Below, one piece after another: positions 37,634 through 49,374 of a stretch of 64,000 bases of DNA. The notes beneath the pieces are model-generated. The model made no database searches and was not told the origin of the DNA. It saw nothing but the letters and a program-made list of their open reading frames with translations. Within the stretch, counting starts at the first letter, position 1. Each line of letters begins with the position of its first letter. Position numbers and translations under genes: made by a program. The DNA comes from Takakia lepidozioides (taxonomy: Eukaryota > Plantae > Bryophyta): positions 17,112,001 to 17,176,000 of the forward strand of contig CM060731.1 of the NCBI GenBank assembly GCA_030704615.1. Reading direction: 5' to 3'.

Positions 37634-40031
37634 ATGGCAGTCAGGGGGGGACGGCCGATGGGTAGAGTGAAGGCGGTCATGTACCGAGCCGTTGTGCCTA
37701 CAATGCTGGTGTTTGTGTTTGCCACCACAGCCGCTCTGCTGTATGGAGACAGCTCCACTGCTGTACCGGTGAGCTATCTGTTTGCTCTCTTTAGTATTCT
37801 GCGTCTATCCTTCTGCGGTTTAGCTCATGTGAGGAAACAGAAGGTTTATTAGGGGCTAGCAGTGGGACTTGAACAGTCATGACTTCTCCAGCTTCGGGCT
37901 GGGGAGTGTGCTGCTTTATAGCCTGCGATATCGTCCTGGTTCCTGTGTAACATTCTGTGGCAAAGATTGCTTGTATGAGCTGAGTCTGAAGTGCACGCGC
38001 ATCTTGCATTGCCCAGTTTGACTTGAAGCTGACGTATCTGCAGGTGGGATTAGAGAAAACGTATTTGGCATCCGATCACGTGCATGCATACATGGCACGC
38101 ACATTCCTGGCCCTAAGACCAAAAGCGGATCCATTGAGGGCCAAAGTTGACAGTCTGTTCAAGCAAGTCAAGGACCAGATTGCCATAGTCAGTGCGTATT
38201 CTGCTTTTGCTCGGAAGGCCAAGTTGGATATGATGAAGGAGGTGCGCATATTTGCTGAACAGGCTAGGAACTACACGGAGTTGTTAGACAAGCCAGAAAA
38301 CAGAGCAATGCTGGAAAGTACTTCTGTTGACGAGGAGAACTTGAGGACATTTGAGAGGGACATTAGGGAGCGCCAGCGGGTGACAAGGCAGGTGATTATT
38401 GATGCCAAAGAGCTCTTTGACAACCAGCTCAAGATTCAGAAGCTGAAGGACACTATTTTTGCTGTGAATGATCAGCTGACAAAGACAAAGAAGCAAGGTG
38501 CTTTCTCGAGTCTCATTGCGGCAAAGTCCATTCCTAAGAGCCTTCACTGCCTCTCTATGAGGCTTATGGAAGAACGCATTGCTCACCCAGAGCGCTATCC
38601 CAAAGATAAGAATCCTGCCCCGGAGCTGGAAGATCCGGATCTTTATCACTACGCAATCTTCTCTGACAATGTGATTGCAGCTTCAGTGGTAGTTAACTCT
38701 GCAATCAAAAACTGCAAAGAGCCAGAGAAGCATGTATTTCACGTGGTGACAGATAAGATGAACTTAGGAGCAATGCAGGTTTGGTTCAAGATGCGACCAC
38801 CAGGGAAAGCCCACATAGACGTGAAAGCTGTGGAGGACTACAAGTTTTTAAATTCGTCTTATGTGCCAGTCCTGCGACAGTTGGAGTCAGCAAATTTACA
38901 GCGATTTTATTTTGAGAATAAAATGGAAAATGCCACAAAAGACTCTTCGAACTTGAAGTTTCGCAACCCAAAGTACCTGTCCATGCTCAATCATCTCCGA
39001 TTTTATCTGCCAGAGATGTACCCAAAATTACACAGGATACTTTTCTTGGATGATGATATTGTGGTCCAAAAAGATCTTACAGGGCTCTGGGAGATTGACA
39101 TGGATGGCAAAGTTAATGGGGCTGTTGAGACATGCTTTGGCTCCTTTCACAGATATGACAAGTACATGAATTTTTCACATCCATTAATTAGTGCAAAATT
39201 CAATCCAAAGGCCTGTGGTTGGGCTTATGGTATGAACTTCTTTGACCTGGATGCATGGAGGAGAGAAAAGAGCACAGAAGAATATCACTACTGGCAAACT
39301 CTGGTATGTTGGACTCCTCCACCCCACTGTTGATATTTAGTCTTGGTCCATACCAGATTGTGATAATTGCTTTGTTGATCTTGATGATAAGAGGTAGTCA
39401 TGCTGAGCTGTGGCAGAGAATGTTCTTGATGGCCTGCAACCATGTGTGTTGAAGTTGAGTTCAAGATTTTCATCTCTTATTTTCTTACTCTGTGAGAGAG
39501 GTTGGAACCTGTTGTTGCTTGACTTAGAACCTGCTCCAGTTACTGCTTGTGCTTCGGAACGTTTCTGTATGGAGGGCTGTGCTTTCTTAGAACACTCCAT
39601 ACAGATAGCGGGAACATGGATTTTTGGACCACAGCAGTGGAACAATTTGATGTTGGGCGTGTTGAGAGTAAATTAGCATTTGCTTAGTGGAAGTTGAGAT
39701 TTATGTAATAATAGGCTGACGCCACTTCTGTTTTGGTTTTTCTTCTCTTGTACAGAATGAGAACCGCACATTGTGGAAGCTTGGCACTCTACCCCCAGGG
39801 CTAATCACTTTCTACAAGACAACTAAGCCCCTCGAGAAGTCATGGCATGTCCTTGGGCTGGGATATAACCCTAATATCAGTATGGACAAGATCAAGAATG
39901 CTGCAGTCATCCACTTCAATGGAAACATGAAGCCTTGGCTGGATCTCGCCATGAATCAGTATCGAGAGTTTTGGACGAAGTATGTAGACTATGAGATGGA
40001 GTTTGTTCAAATATGCAACTTTGGGCTTTGA
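37634..40031 (+). CDS. GAUT8: Galacturonosyltransferase, GT8 family (GAUT8/QUASIMODO1-like), 3 exons
   Basis: Exons 37634-37768 (signal anchor), 38044-39303 and 39756-40031. Motifs IAAKSIPKSLHCLSMRL, YLSMLNHLRFYLPEMYP, FLDDD, LWKLGTLPPGL, HFNGNMKPW and terminal CNFGL. Confidence 0.93.
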
Positions 40032-41227
40032 CAGATCACAAATGTGTCACGGATTTTCAGATGATCACCACAATATCCGCAAGGACGGTGAACTTATAGG
40101 TTATGATGATGCTACACATGGCTGGTGGCAGCAAACAGATGTTCTGTTCTTGCCAGATGGGCCTCCTCTACGCATCCTAAATCATGGAAAAGGGCCTTGA
40201 ATATTTGGTTACTAGATGGCCACCTTATCCATGGTTTGTTAGGATTCCATTCCATATCACCCATCTAGTCTAGAAAGCTAGTCAGTCAAACGGACCTTAA
40301 ATGATTTGTGTATTGAGCTTTTCAGGCCAAGATGTATGTTTCAAGGCTTACCTTGTGAAATCCCGTCTTGGTTTTGTAAGCGTTTCTCTTAGTACCTGGA
40401 CCACGCGGGAGTAGCCATTGTATTAGACAAGGCTGCTGATTATATAAGCACATGGCCTTGAATCATATGTTACAGTGAGCACCAACACTTCTGAAAGTAA
40501 GAATGATTGTAGTCCTCTTACGGAGTGTTCTAACTACATGACATTCTCCAAAAATGACACCAGGGCTTTGATTAAACTTTTGGTGGCAGGTGGATTTATT
40601 GGTCTTGCTTGAGATTGTGAGATCTCTCTTGCAACTGCATGTCTATTCACCACCGTTCACTTCGTATCCATTGCAGATAACCGAGCTCTCTGTTGCCAAA
40701 CATCCATTGCCACTTATCCACTGCTTCAGGTGAATTTATCTTAGGTCATACGTGTTTCAAGTTTCAACTGCTTCTTCAGGTAAGTTTATCTTAGATCAGA
40801 GGTGTGGGACAATCTCCGGGGTTGCTAAGGTAACTGTGGGGCATTACTCCAGTACGAAGTGCATGGAAAGCCCTGCTGGGCCAGTTAACAATTGTCATCT
40901 TGCAGACAGATGCAACTATGTTTTACCACAATTGTTCACAAGCCTTAGTTCTCGATGCTTTCCTTGCTGTCGGCACTTTGTTGTAATGTGCATTAAGTGC
41001 ATAATTTTATAAGATTTTAAACTAATCATGAAGTGCAGTAGATCTCGTCATTTGCGAAGGAGGAGCAATTGCGCACCTAATCACTCCTGATAAAAAGCCC
41101 TTGAAAGGGTTGTAGGGTACCAGACAATGGCTGCCTTTGCTGGCATAGAACAGCAGCAAGTGGTCTAAAAAAATATTCTTCATTCAATTGTTTACCTCTG
41201 CGACTACAGCAGGACAATAAAATAAAG

Positions 41228-44200
41228 TTAGTCTGTCTGTTGGTCCAAATTTTGGGGCACAGAATAGTTTTGGTCTCGCCTTTGGCTGATGAACCAGCTC
41301 TTAAACTCGTGAAATTTTCCAGTCTTAATTGACTCTCGGATGGCCTGAAAGAATCGTAAGTAGTGATGCGTGTTATGTCTGCAAAACACACATTGCCCAA
41401 CGCAGTCACATAAAGATGGGCCGTGAGATTCTCAACAATCTAGCTTCTCACTTTCTGGACACATAATTCAACAGACATTCAACAGACATCACACAAGGGA
41501 TACAGGTAACTCACATGTCCAGCAGCGTCTGCACCAGCATTTCATGCGCATTAAGTAAATGGTTGATGTAGGCTCGTGAATGATTGCGACAAGCGTAACA
41601 TTGACACCCCTCTACCAGCGGTGATCTATCCAACCTGCCCATACATGAATGTCGACAGAGCCAATCAAACAAGAGTGGTGAGGTTGTCCACTGATCACGA
41701 TGTCAACCTTTGAGGGATTCATTCTGCTCGCTTATGCACTTCTGACCAACCAGAGCAAGAACTTACCTGGTAGAGACAGATCGGAGGTTAATTTTCCCAA
41801 AATCGGCACCAGTTATCCGATTTTCAGCTATCAGCATCCCATCAACGAGTCCCTTGTCATCCTTGCCCATCGACAGAGGGAAGGTCATCGCATAGCCCTC
41901 CTTAGTGAGCAAGTGGGGATATCTGAAAATCATTCAAGGAGCTCAAAGACAGAGGACCTTCTTTTCCACAATTACAAAAGGAGTAGTTCAAACTCATTAC
42001 AGTGATTGTACCAAGACATCTCATTCGGATTATCATCTTGGTCATTCTATGCAATAGCGACTGTGCAGAGGTTTGCTACGGTGAAGACCAAACAAAGAAG
42101 ACCCAACATATGTTCACCAAAACCATCAGCACTCAACTCTTTTTGAAGAATCCTCTATATGTATATACTGGATTAGACTTTGCTTACTGTACCCTCAGGG
42201 AAATTTTATCCCTAACTTTGTTGTTACTCATAGAGAGAATGTACTCAATCTAGAATGCAGGCTTTAAAGTGGGGCCCTAATATATGCGGAACCTCTGCCA
42301 GAAACATCAAGTAGGAGGAAACTTCCATGAGATCTACATCTCTAGGCTACTTTCAGGCATGTCCAGGCTTACCACAATGGTAAAGGATACGTGCTATCAA
42401 ATAGGTCGATGCCAGCAGCAACAGCATGCAGCACCTCTTCTGTAAGAGATTTCCACGAGCCATCAGTCAAGTTTTGCTCCACAAACTGTCTCTTGCAAAC
42501 TCAACCAAGGCTGAATTGATGAACCCCACTTGATGCATATTGGAAACATGGCATATTCCTTGCAGTAATCTGTTCCAAATGGCTATCACAAGACTAAAGG
42601 GGGGACTAGGTTTGCCCATCAGAGCTATTTACCTGGCATTCCAAGCCCACTGACATGGCGAGGCTTCTCTTCTGGTAGGTTTTTCTTGAAAGAAAACAGA
42701 GAAACAATATATGAGTCACTTCATCAATTCTCAAGCTACAGGGATGGAAAAGGAGGCTGGTTTCAACGGAGGCCAGTAAGGGCAAATTAAGATTTTTTTT
42801 ATGAAGAGATATAATAGTGAAGAGAAGGTGGGGGGAAGTTGTACAATAGCAGCCTCCAGAAGTGGGCCACGATCCTCTGCAGCTTCACCCAGCCCAAAGC
42901 CCCCGAGTGAAAAGCCTGCATCCATCTTTCCCAAACCCAAACATTAACATTGTCAAGTCCCCATTTCTACTTCATGACAGTGGGAGGGAGTTGGTGTGCA
43001 CTTTAAAGTGCACATCAGTGGTACTCTCCCTTCCTGTCTGACACACTGAAACCCTCAACATGCTAGAGAGATCATTCACACATAGACAGAAGACCAACAA
43101 GTATGTTGTGTGAGATTACAATTCCGCTGTGTCAAATGGCTAAAAAGAAGTGTACAATTGCATTGAAAAAAAAGCCCATAGGTCCGTTTCCCCTCGCTCT
43201 CCATTTCAGTAGAAGTTAATGTTTTGATTCACATGAAGTAGCAGACTTGCTCATGTCAGCCTGCTTTAAGACTGTAGGAGTGAAGCAGGATCCTACCTGA
43301 CACATTGCGAGTAGCTGTTTCTTGGGCAGACCGTGTCCGCTGCTCTAGGCTGTCCCCTCCTACCACGACTCCCAGGCACCTGGTTGCGTTCTCTGCCTGA
43401 CATGCATTGCATCAATGTTTTGTAGCCCTTGGAGAGAAGATTCTAGGAGCATGAATATCTCATTAGAGCCCGACTTACAACTTCCAGTCTAAATAGTCAA
43501 CAAGGAGTTTCCCATTACACTCTAACGTCTGCAAAATCAGAAAATTGCCAATCTGAAACCAAGTCATCAGGTCATCTTTGTAAATTTTCAAGTTCTGAGG
43601 TTCTGGACAACATTCACATCCAAAGGTGGTCTGGGAGAAGGGAGATGAGGCATACAGATTGCAGTGCAAGGCAGTGGTCAAGCCATTGCAAGGTACGATC
43701 CACAGACAGCTGGTTTCGCTTGTTAGACACATGTGCAGGCACCTCATCAGGCAGGCTAGCCCACAAATCCGGCTTGCATGCATTCACTATCTCCATATAC
43801 TTAGCTGGCCCTACCTGCCTCCCACGCATACACACAGTTGAAATATGAGAAAGAGACGTACTCATTAGCCTTGTAAACATGTATGCGACACATCACCTAA
43901 ACAGAGATAAGGACTAGGGAGAATAAACTTTTAGTACAGCACTGTTGTTAGTGCTCCTGAAATGACACTAAAGTTGTGAATTGCTGCCTCCATACCACTA
44001 GCATCAATAGGAAAATGTATTATATTGGCGCCAGTTTGGACTCACTTACTGTTATTCCGTACCAAGACCGCTCTAGTGACCAGATTGGGAGGGTCCTAAG
44101 AATGCCCAGGAGAGGCTCGGTCGCTCAAAAGCAGCAATTTGAACCCTCAATCGTCTAGCAAAACGAGAGAACCTAATCCAGCAATACAGGGAGAGAATGC

Positions 44201-45331
44201 ACTCAAGACGTTGTTTTTGGCTCGGCGTCGAGATTTTCAGAGTTGGTAAACAGAGGTACAGCAACAAATCCCTTGATGGATTTGAAAAGGGCTTCTCTCT
44301 GGTGATTGTACCCAGGACAATGAATCAGATAGAGGGAGAGAGAGTACCAAACGGCGACCAAACGAAGTCTCGAAGGAGGCACCAAGCTTGGTGGTGGACT
44401 CTCCATCCGCTTCATCCATGAGAGAATCCCTTGCGATAGCAACAATGCCATGATCAGGTAAACTAAGTAGCCTGTGCAAGCCTCCCACCTCCGCAACCAC
44501 CCTTGCTGAAGGACGCTCCAAGCTACAACCAGAGTAATCGTTTATCGGTCCATAATCAGTCCATGGATGATCCACAACAACACAAATCAATTCCTTATTT
44601 GAACAGAATTGCAACGCCAGAACGAAGATAAAATCCTCAACTATCTGTGCGGATTGCTACCGCCAGCCAGTTTAGCACAGCCAATCATTTCTCATATCTC
44701 TGTCAAGTCACAAGCCCCGAATTCGCCTCGCTACGAGACAAAGGACTTATTTCAACCCTGATGATTCCATGTTGAAAGAGGGATGCCCCGTGCATCCTGT
44801 GGATTGCGTCAAGGTCTTGGTTCTTACTATGCCCGTCTCTCACACAAAAACTAACAGAAGCTCCAGAAACCAGGTCAGTAACTTCAACGGTCGTAGATTT
44901 TTATGGTGCACCAATCGCTATCGGCAACATAACACTTTTTCACTATCTCTACCATACCTCTCTCTTTGCAGCTCGATGATATGCTGAGTGGAAAGCTGCA
45001 GAAGGATGAAGGAATGTTGTAAACCAATTGCGCATAGTCTTCTTCCCAAATTTTGTCCTGGTGATGTTGTGATAGCAATGATTTTACGGGTTCAAAACGA
45101 TTTCCTAGCTACTGTAGTACTCAGCATTCACAGGTCTTACAAATGAAGGGGGCTGACTTGAAGGGCATGCGCATCGCAATGCAGGGAGGGCAAGAGGTCG
45201 GGGGGTATAAAAGTCGGAAGACCCTTGCGAGTCATAAGCAGCAGGCAGGGCGTCTCCAGCTGCATGCCTACCGCCAGCTGCAAGGACCCAACTCGGGCCT
45301 GTGCACTGTATGTCCGCACCACGAACTCCAT
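41228..45331 (-). CDS. QTRT2: Queuine tRNA-ribosyltransferase accessory subunit (QTRT2-like), multi-exon
   Basis: Exon peptides ARVGSLQL...LETPCLLLMTRKG, GGLHRLL, KPDLWASLPDEV...SVDRTLQWLD, GFSLGGFGLGE, LPEEKPRH..GLG, AVAAGIDLFDS, zinc site CQCYACRNHSRAYINHLL, and HNTHHYLRFF..IRESI; stop at 41228. Confidence 0.9.
44170..44335 (-). mobile_element. Short LINE 3' fragment of the same family, in a QTRT2 intron
   Basis: LIHCPGYNHQREALFKSIKGFVAVPLFTNSENLDAEPK matches the fragments at 17.2-17.9 kb and 33.7-34.1 kb. Confidence 0.7.
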
Positions 45332-45689
45332 CTCCGTCCCTTCTTCACCTCCGCCACCACACCCACAAGGAGGCAGAGCTCCGGGGCTGCTTGCAAATTC
45401 TTTCAGCAGCCTGCAACATGAACGAACGAGCGCGGACGAACGATTGTGAGGAGGAACGTGAGATGCTCCAGCACCTACTGGATCCTCCATTGCACCTTCT
45501 TCCCGGCTCAGAGGCAGCAGGGGCATCGCGGGCTGTGTTGCCCGTGTGCACCACCAACAACGTTCTTCATCTCTGATGCAGGGAAGCTTTGGGTGGGTGG
45601 GTAATCTGTAGGATAGCCACAGATTGAGAGTGGGGAGAGAAACGCAACCCAACTCACTTGGGTTGTACAAAAAGGCGTCGAGTAGCAGA

Positions 45690-46883
45690 ATGGAAGGCCA
45701 GATCCATCATGTTCAAGGAGATGGCGAGGTTGAGGGAGAACAAGAAGAGTGCCCCACGAGCAAAAAGACTTCACCTTGGCAAAGAATGAAATGGACGGAT
45801 GCCATGGTCAAGATCCTTATCGGTGTAGTGCTAGTGGTGGGGGAAGATAGCAGCATAGATGGCAATGAAGGAAACAACAGCAAGCGGAAGTCAGGTATTA
45901 TCCAAAAGAAGGGAAAGTGGAAGTCGATTTCCAGATTCATGATGGAGAAGGGGTGCTATGTGTCTCCTCAGCAGTGTGAAGATAAGTTTAACGACCTAAA
46001 TAAGAGGTTCAAGAGATTGAATGATATTCTTGGTAAGGATTTGGCTGCTAATGTGGTCGATGATCATTGCCTTTTGGAGGCCGTGGATCACATCCTTCCC
46101 AAAGCCAAAGAGGATTGCAGAAAGATTTTGATCTCCAAGCATCTGTTTTACAACGAAATGGCAGCTTTTCACAGTGGAAACAAGGCTGCACTGTCCTCTG
46201 AGTTAGAATTGCTGCCCTCATTGATGCTGAAGGGCAGAGAATTTGTCGAAACAGGAAAATGCAAGCATGAACAATGCGATGAAGATGATGAGGACATGGA
46301 CGACGACGACGAAGACGAGGAGGAGGATGTTGATGCTGATAATGACCAGGATGATGACGATGATGGGGTAGACGAGGATCTTGAGCCGTTGGCGGATCAC
46401 CTCAGTAAACGCCGGAGGCTGTCAAAGAAGCTGGAAGAAGGCGGTTTAGGTTTATCATCATTATCTTTGCACAATGTTGCGAATGGCATACCCAGGAGTG
46501 TTGAGAATATTAATGCAGACTCAATGGGGATCTTGCAAGTAAGCGCAAAGGCATCTCGGGAACACCAACGCTGGATGAAGAGTAGGACCGTTCAATTAAA
46601 GGAGCAAAAGGTTGGTCTGCAAGTGGAGGCTATCAATCTTGAAAAACAGCGCTTCAAGTGGCAAAAATTCAGCTGCAAAAAGGATAGAGAATTGGAGAGA
46701 TTAAGGCTGGAGAATGAGAGGATGAAGCTTGAGAATGAGAGGATGACGCTACAGTTAAAGCAAAGGGAACTTGAAATAGACTCCCAAAGGTCGGAGACAT
46801 CAATGACCTCTCTGGCGCTTTTATTGGATAGATTGCAGGCAAAGGAGCCGACTGGTCCCAACAAACCTAGCGAGTTAAGTTAG
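45690..46883 (+). CDS. Trihelix (Myb/SANT-like) transcription factor, intronless
   Basis: SPWQRMKWTDAMV, QKKGKWKSIS..M.EKG..VSPQQCEDKFNDLNKRFKRL, SKHLFYNEM, an acidic tract, and a C-terminal coiled coil LEKQRFKW..FS.KKDRELE. First ATG at 45690. Confidence 0.9.
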   Translation: MEGQIHHVQGDGEVEGEQEECPTSKKTSPWQRMKWTDAMVKILIGVVLVVGEDSSIDGNEGNNSKRKSGIIQKKGKWKSISRFMMEKGCYVSPQQCEDKFNDLNKRFKRLNDILGKDLAANVVDDHCLLEAVDHILPKAKEDCRKILISKHLFYNEMAAFHSGNKAALSSELELLPSLMLKGREFVETGKCKHEQCDEDDEDMDDDDEDEEEDVDADNDQDDDDDGVDEDLEPLADHLSKRRRLSKKLEEGGLGLSSLSLHNVANGIPRSVENINADSMGILQVSAKASREHQRWMKSRTVQLKEQKVGLQVEAINLEKQRFKWQKFSCKKDRELERLRLENERMKLENERMTLQLKQRELEIDSQRSETSMTSLALLLDRLQAKEPTGPNKPSELS

Positions 46884-49374
46884 CAGAGGGTATCCATCAC
46901 CTATATCTCACAGTACAGCGGATGATTCCAAGATTGTTCTTTAGGCCATTTTTCTTTGTGGCACAAATGCTTGACAGTTAAGCCTCAATGGTTTTGAAGG
47001 TGGTGGCCCTCGCTTCATATTCTCTCACTCTTGCTCATCTCTTGAGCAGAGGCTTTTGGTGAAGCAAGTGAAGAAATGGTGTTGATTATGGGACTGCAGT
47101 ATGGATCATCACTACAATGAGATTGAGCTCTCGTCATATTGTTCCAGTTTGAATGGAAACTGGGTCTTCCTGGAAATGACAATGGGAACCAACATGACCC
47201 TGCAGGCAGTTGCCCTGCTCAGCATCACTTCCTTCCAAGTGGAGTCTGGGATTGAGGTACCAGCTTGGGGTACGAGCGTGTGGGCATCCAGGATTGTCGC
47301 CCGAATTGTCATGGTTTGGTGAAGCTCGGGATCAGGACCATGTCATCTCAACCCAGACCTTAACTGTTCTGGATCTCTCCAACCTTTTCAGCTTAGTACA
47401 GCATCCAATGTCTGCATTGAAGAAAGGTAAGAGAAAGTTGAGTATGACAACCAAGCTCCCTGCCATAGAGTCCTGTCCAAAGATCACCACATCCACCTAG
47501 AGACGGGAGCTCAGTTCCACAGCAAATTCAACATGGAGAGCTTGTTGTACCTTGTGATGAAGTTAATGATGCTGACAAATGACAAGTTGACAGGAGGCAA
47601 AACCAAGTACTGGGCACCCTCTGAACACCAGTGTTTCAGTTCTAATCAAGCATCCTGAAGCTCCTCTGCCATCATAAGCACCGCCTCCTCTCATGTAAAG
47701 CTCAACCAATGAACATGCACTCTGAGTTTTTCCTACTGGTCTACTCAGTACAAAACCCTCCTGTTGGCAACAGCAACTGCAGAAAGATACACTACCACAT
47801 AGTGTGAAACCCTTGCATACTTGAGAAAGATGAAAGCAGTATTTTATTGAATACTGCTGTACGGCATAATTGGAGGGATAGGAGTTGAGCAGCACTGTCT
47901 GTTTCTGTTCTTACAAAGAACAAACTGCGAGAGCAACAAAATTCTTCTTCAAACCAACCAATACAGATGCTGTCCACCTCAAAAGCCAGAAGGCAATGGG
48001 TGCTGTCATCAACTCCCTGCTTCTGGTTAGATCGGTTATACCTCGCGTCATATGTAACATGCTGCTTTTGTTTTGGTTTTCTGCGCAACCTACAGGTTGC
48101 ACCAGAGGAGCTGGCTGTGAACTTCTGAGGAGTCATTTGTTTCTATAAGAAAGAGGGCTGGAAGGTAAGTTCGAATGTGCATTTCCCTATCTCTTGTTGG
48201 AATTGGATATCCAATTAGTGCAGGGACAGCAGAGGATGCAATTTTGATGATTGCGAGGAGATTATTTTGGGATGGGATGCTTGTTTGTAGGTTAGGATGC
48301 CCTCAGTGTGCCAGGCCACACAAAGTTAGTGTCAGCATAGAATAATTTATTCTTGTCATCAAGTATTTTCTCTATTTTACACATGTTGTAGATGGTCCCA
48401 ATGTCTCTTTATGTTTCTTTATGGTGTAAAATGATATGCATACCAATTCTGTTGGTTGAACTTGAAGCCTCACAAATGGGTAGATATACAAGGGTGGAAT
48501 GAGCTTCTTGTCATGGAATCCTTTCGTGAGTAACTCCCTCATATTGGACCCCTGGACGTAATGAAGGTCGGAATTCCACCCCAAAAACATGTCACGTTTT
48601 GTAACCTGGGCTGAAAGGCTAGATACAGCAAATTGAGAGGATTATAAATGTTTCTCTTCTTCCTCTGCCTTGCCCTACCACTCTTGTTTATTCCAAGGTT
48701 TTCATTTTCTTCCCTCTCTGCAGTTCTACTGTCTTCCACATCAGCATGTATATTATGCAACACTTTGAATGCAAACCCCCTAGAATTTTTGAATGGAGAA
48801 AGTTTAACAGGAAATGTGACTGACTTCATTGAGAAGGTTTTGCTCCATATTTGAGTCATGTGCTTAGTTCTAACCTCCCAATACTGCACAAGGCCTGAAA
48901 CAATAGTGTTTCTCAAGTATAATTGATTCATTACTCATTAGCATGGTGTTTAAGGAACTCTCCATCTAGCTATGTTTTCGAAGGGATGCATAGGAAGTTT
49001 GGATTATGAGCTGTAAATTTGACTGGGCTCATCATCACCAGTGAGACTACAGGAGAGTGAGAGAGTTGAGAGTAAGTTGAGGGTACTTGCACCAGCGTTG
49101 GGATGAAACCTGCATGCCCCCAACAGAAACAGCTCACATGGAAAGGGCAATTTTCACCGTCGCGCCTGCATGTCTCCAACTTGATGGAGAATGCAGGGGA
49201 TGCCAATGTCAAATCAAACGATTGCCAATCAAAGAATTCTGTGCAGAGTGCTCACAAGTCTAGCTGATTCATGAAGAGTTTTCCGCCTCAACTTGTCAAG
49301 ATCAACATGCATCTGGACAGGCTTGTAGGCTCAGTCTGACCGCAGCATACTGACATCCACAAACATATCGCCAA

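Noticed and set aside
36961-37758. 265-aa minus-strand ORF between PEX14 and GAUT8
   Set aside because: It spans the divergent promoter and UTRs, has no motif, and is out of frame with PEX14 exon 1.
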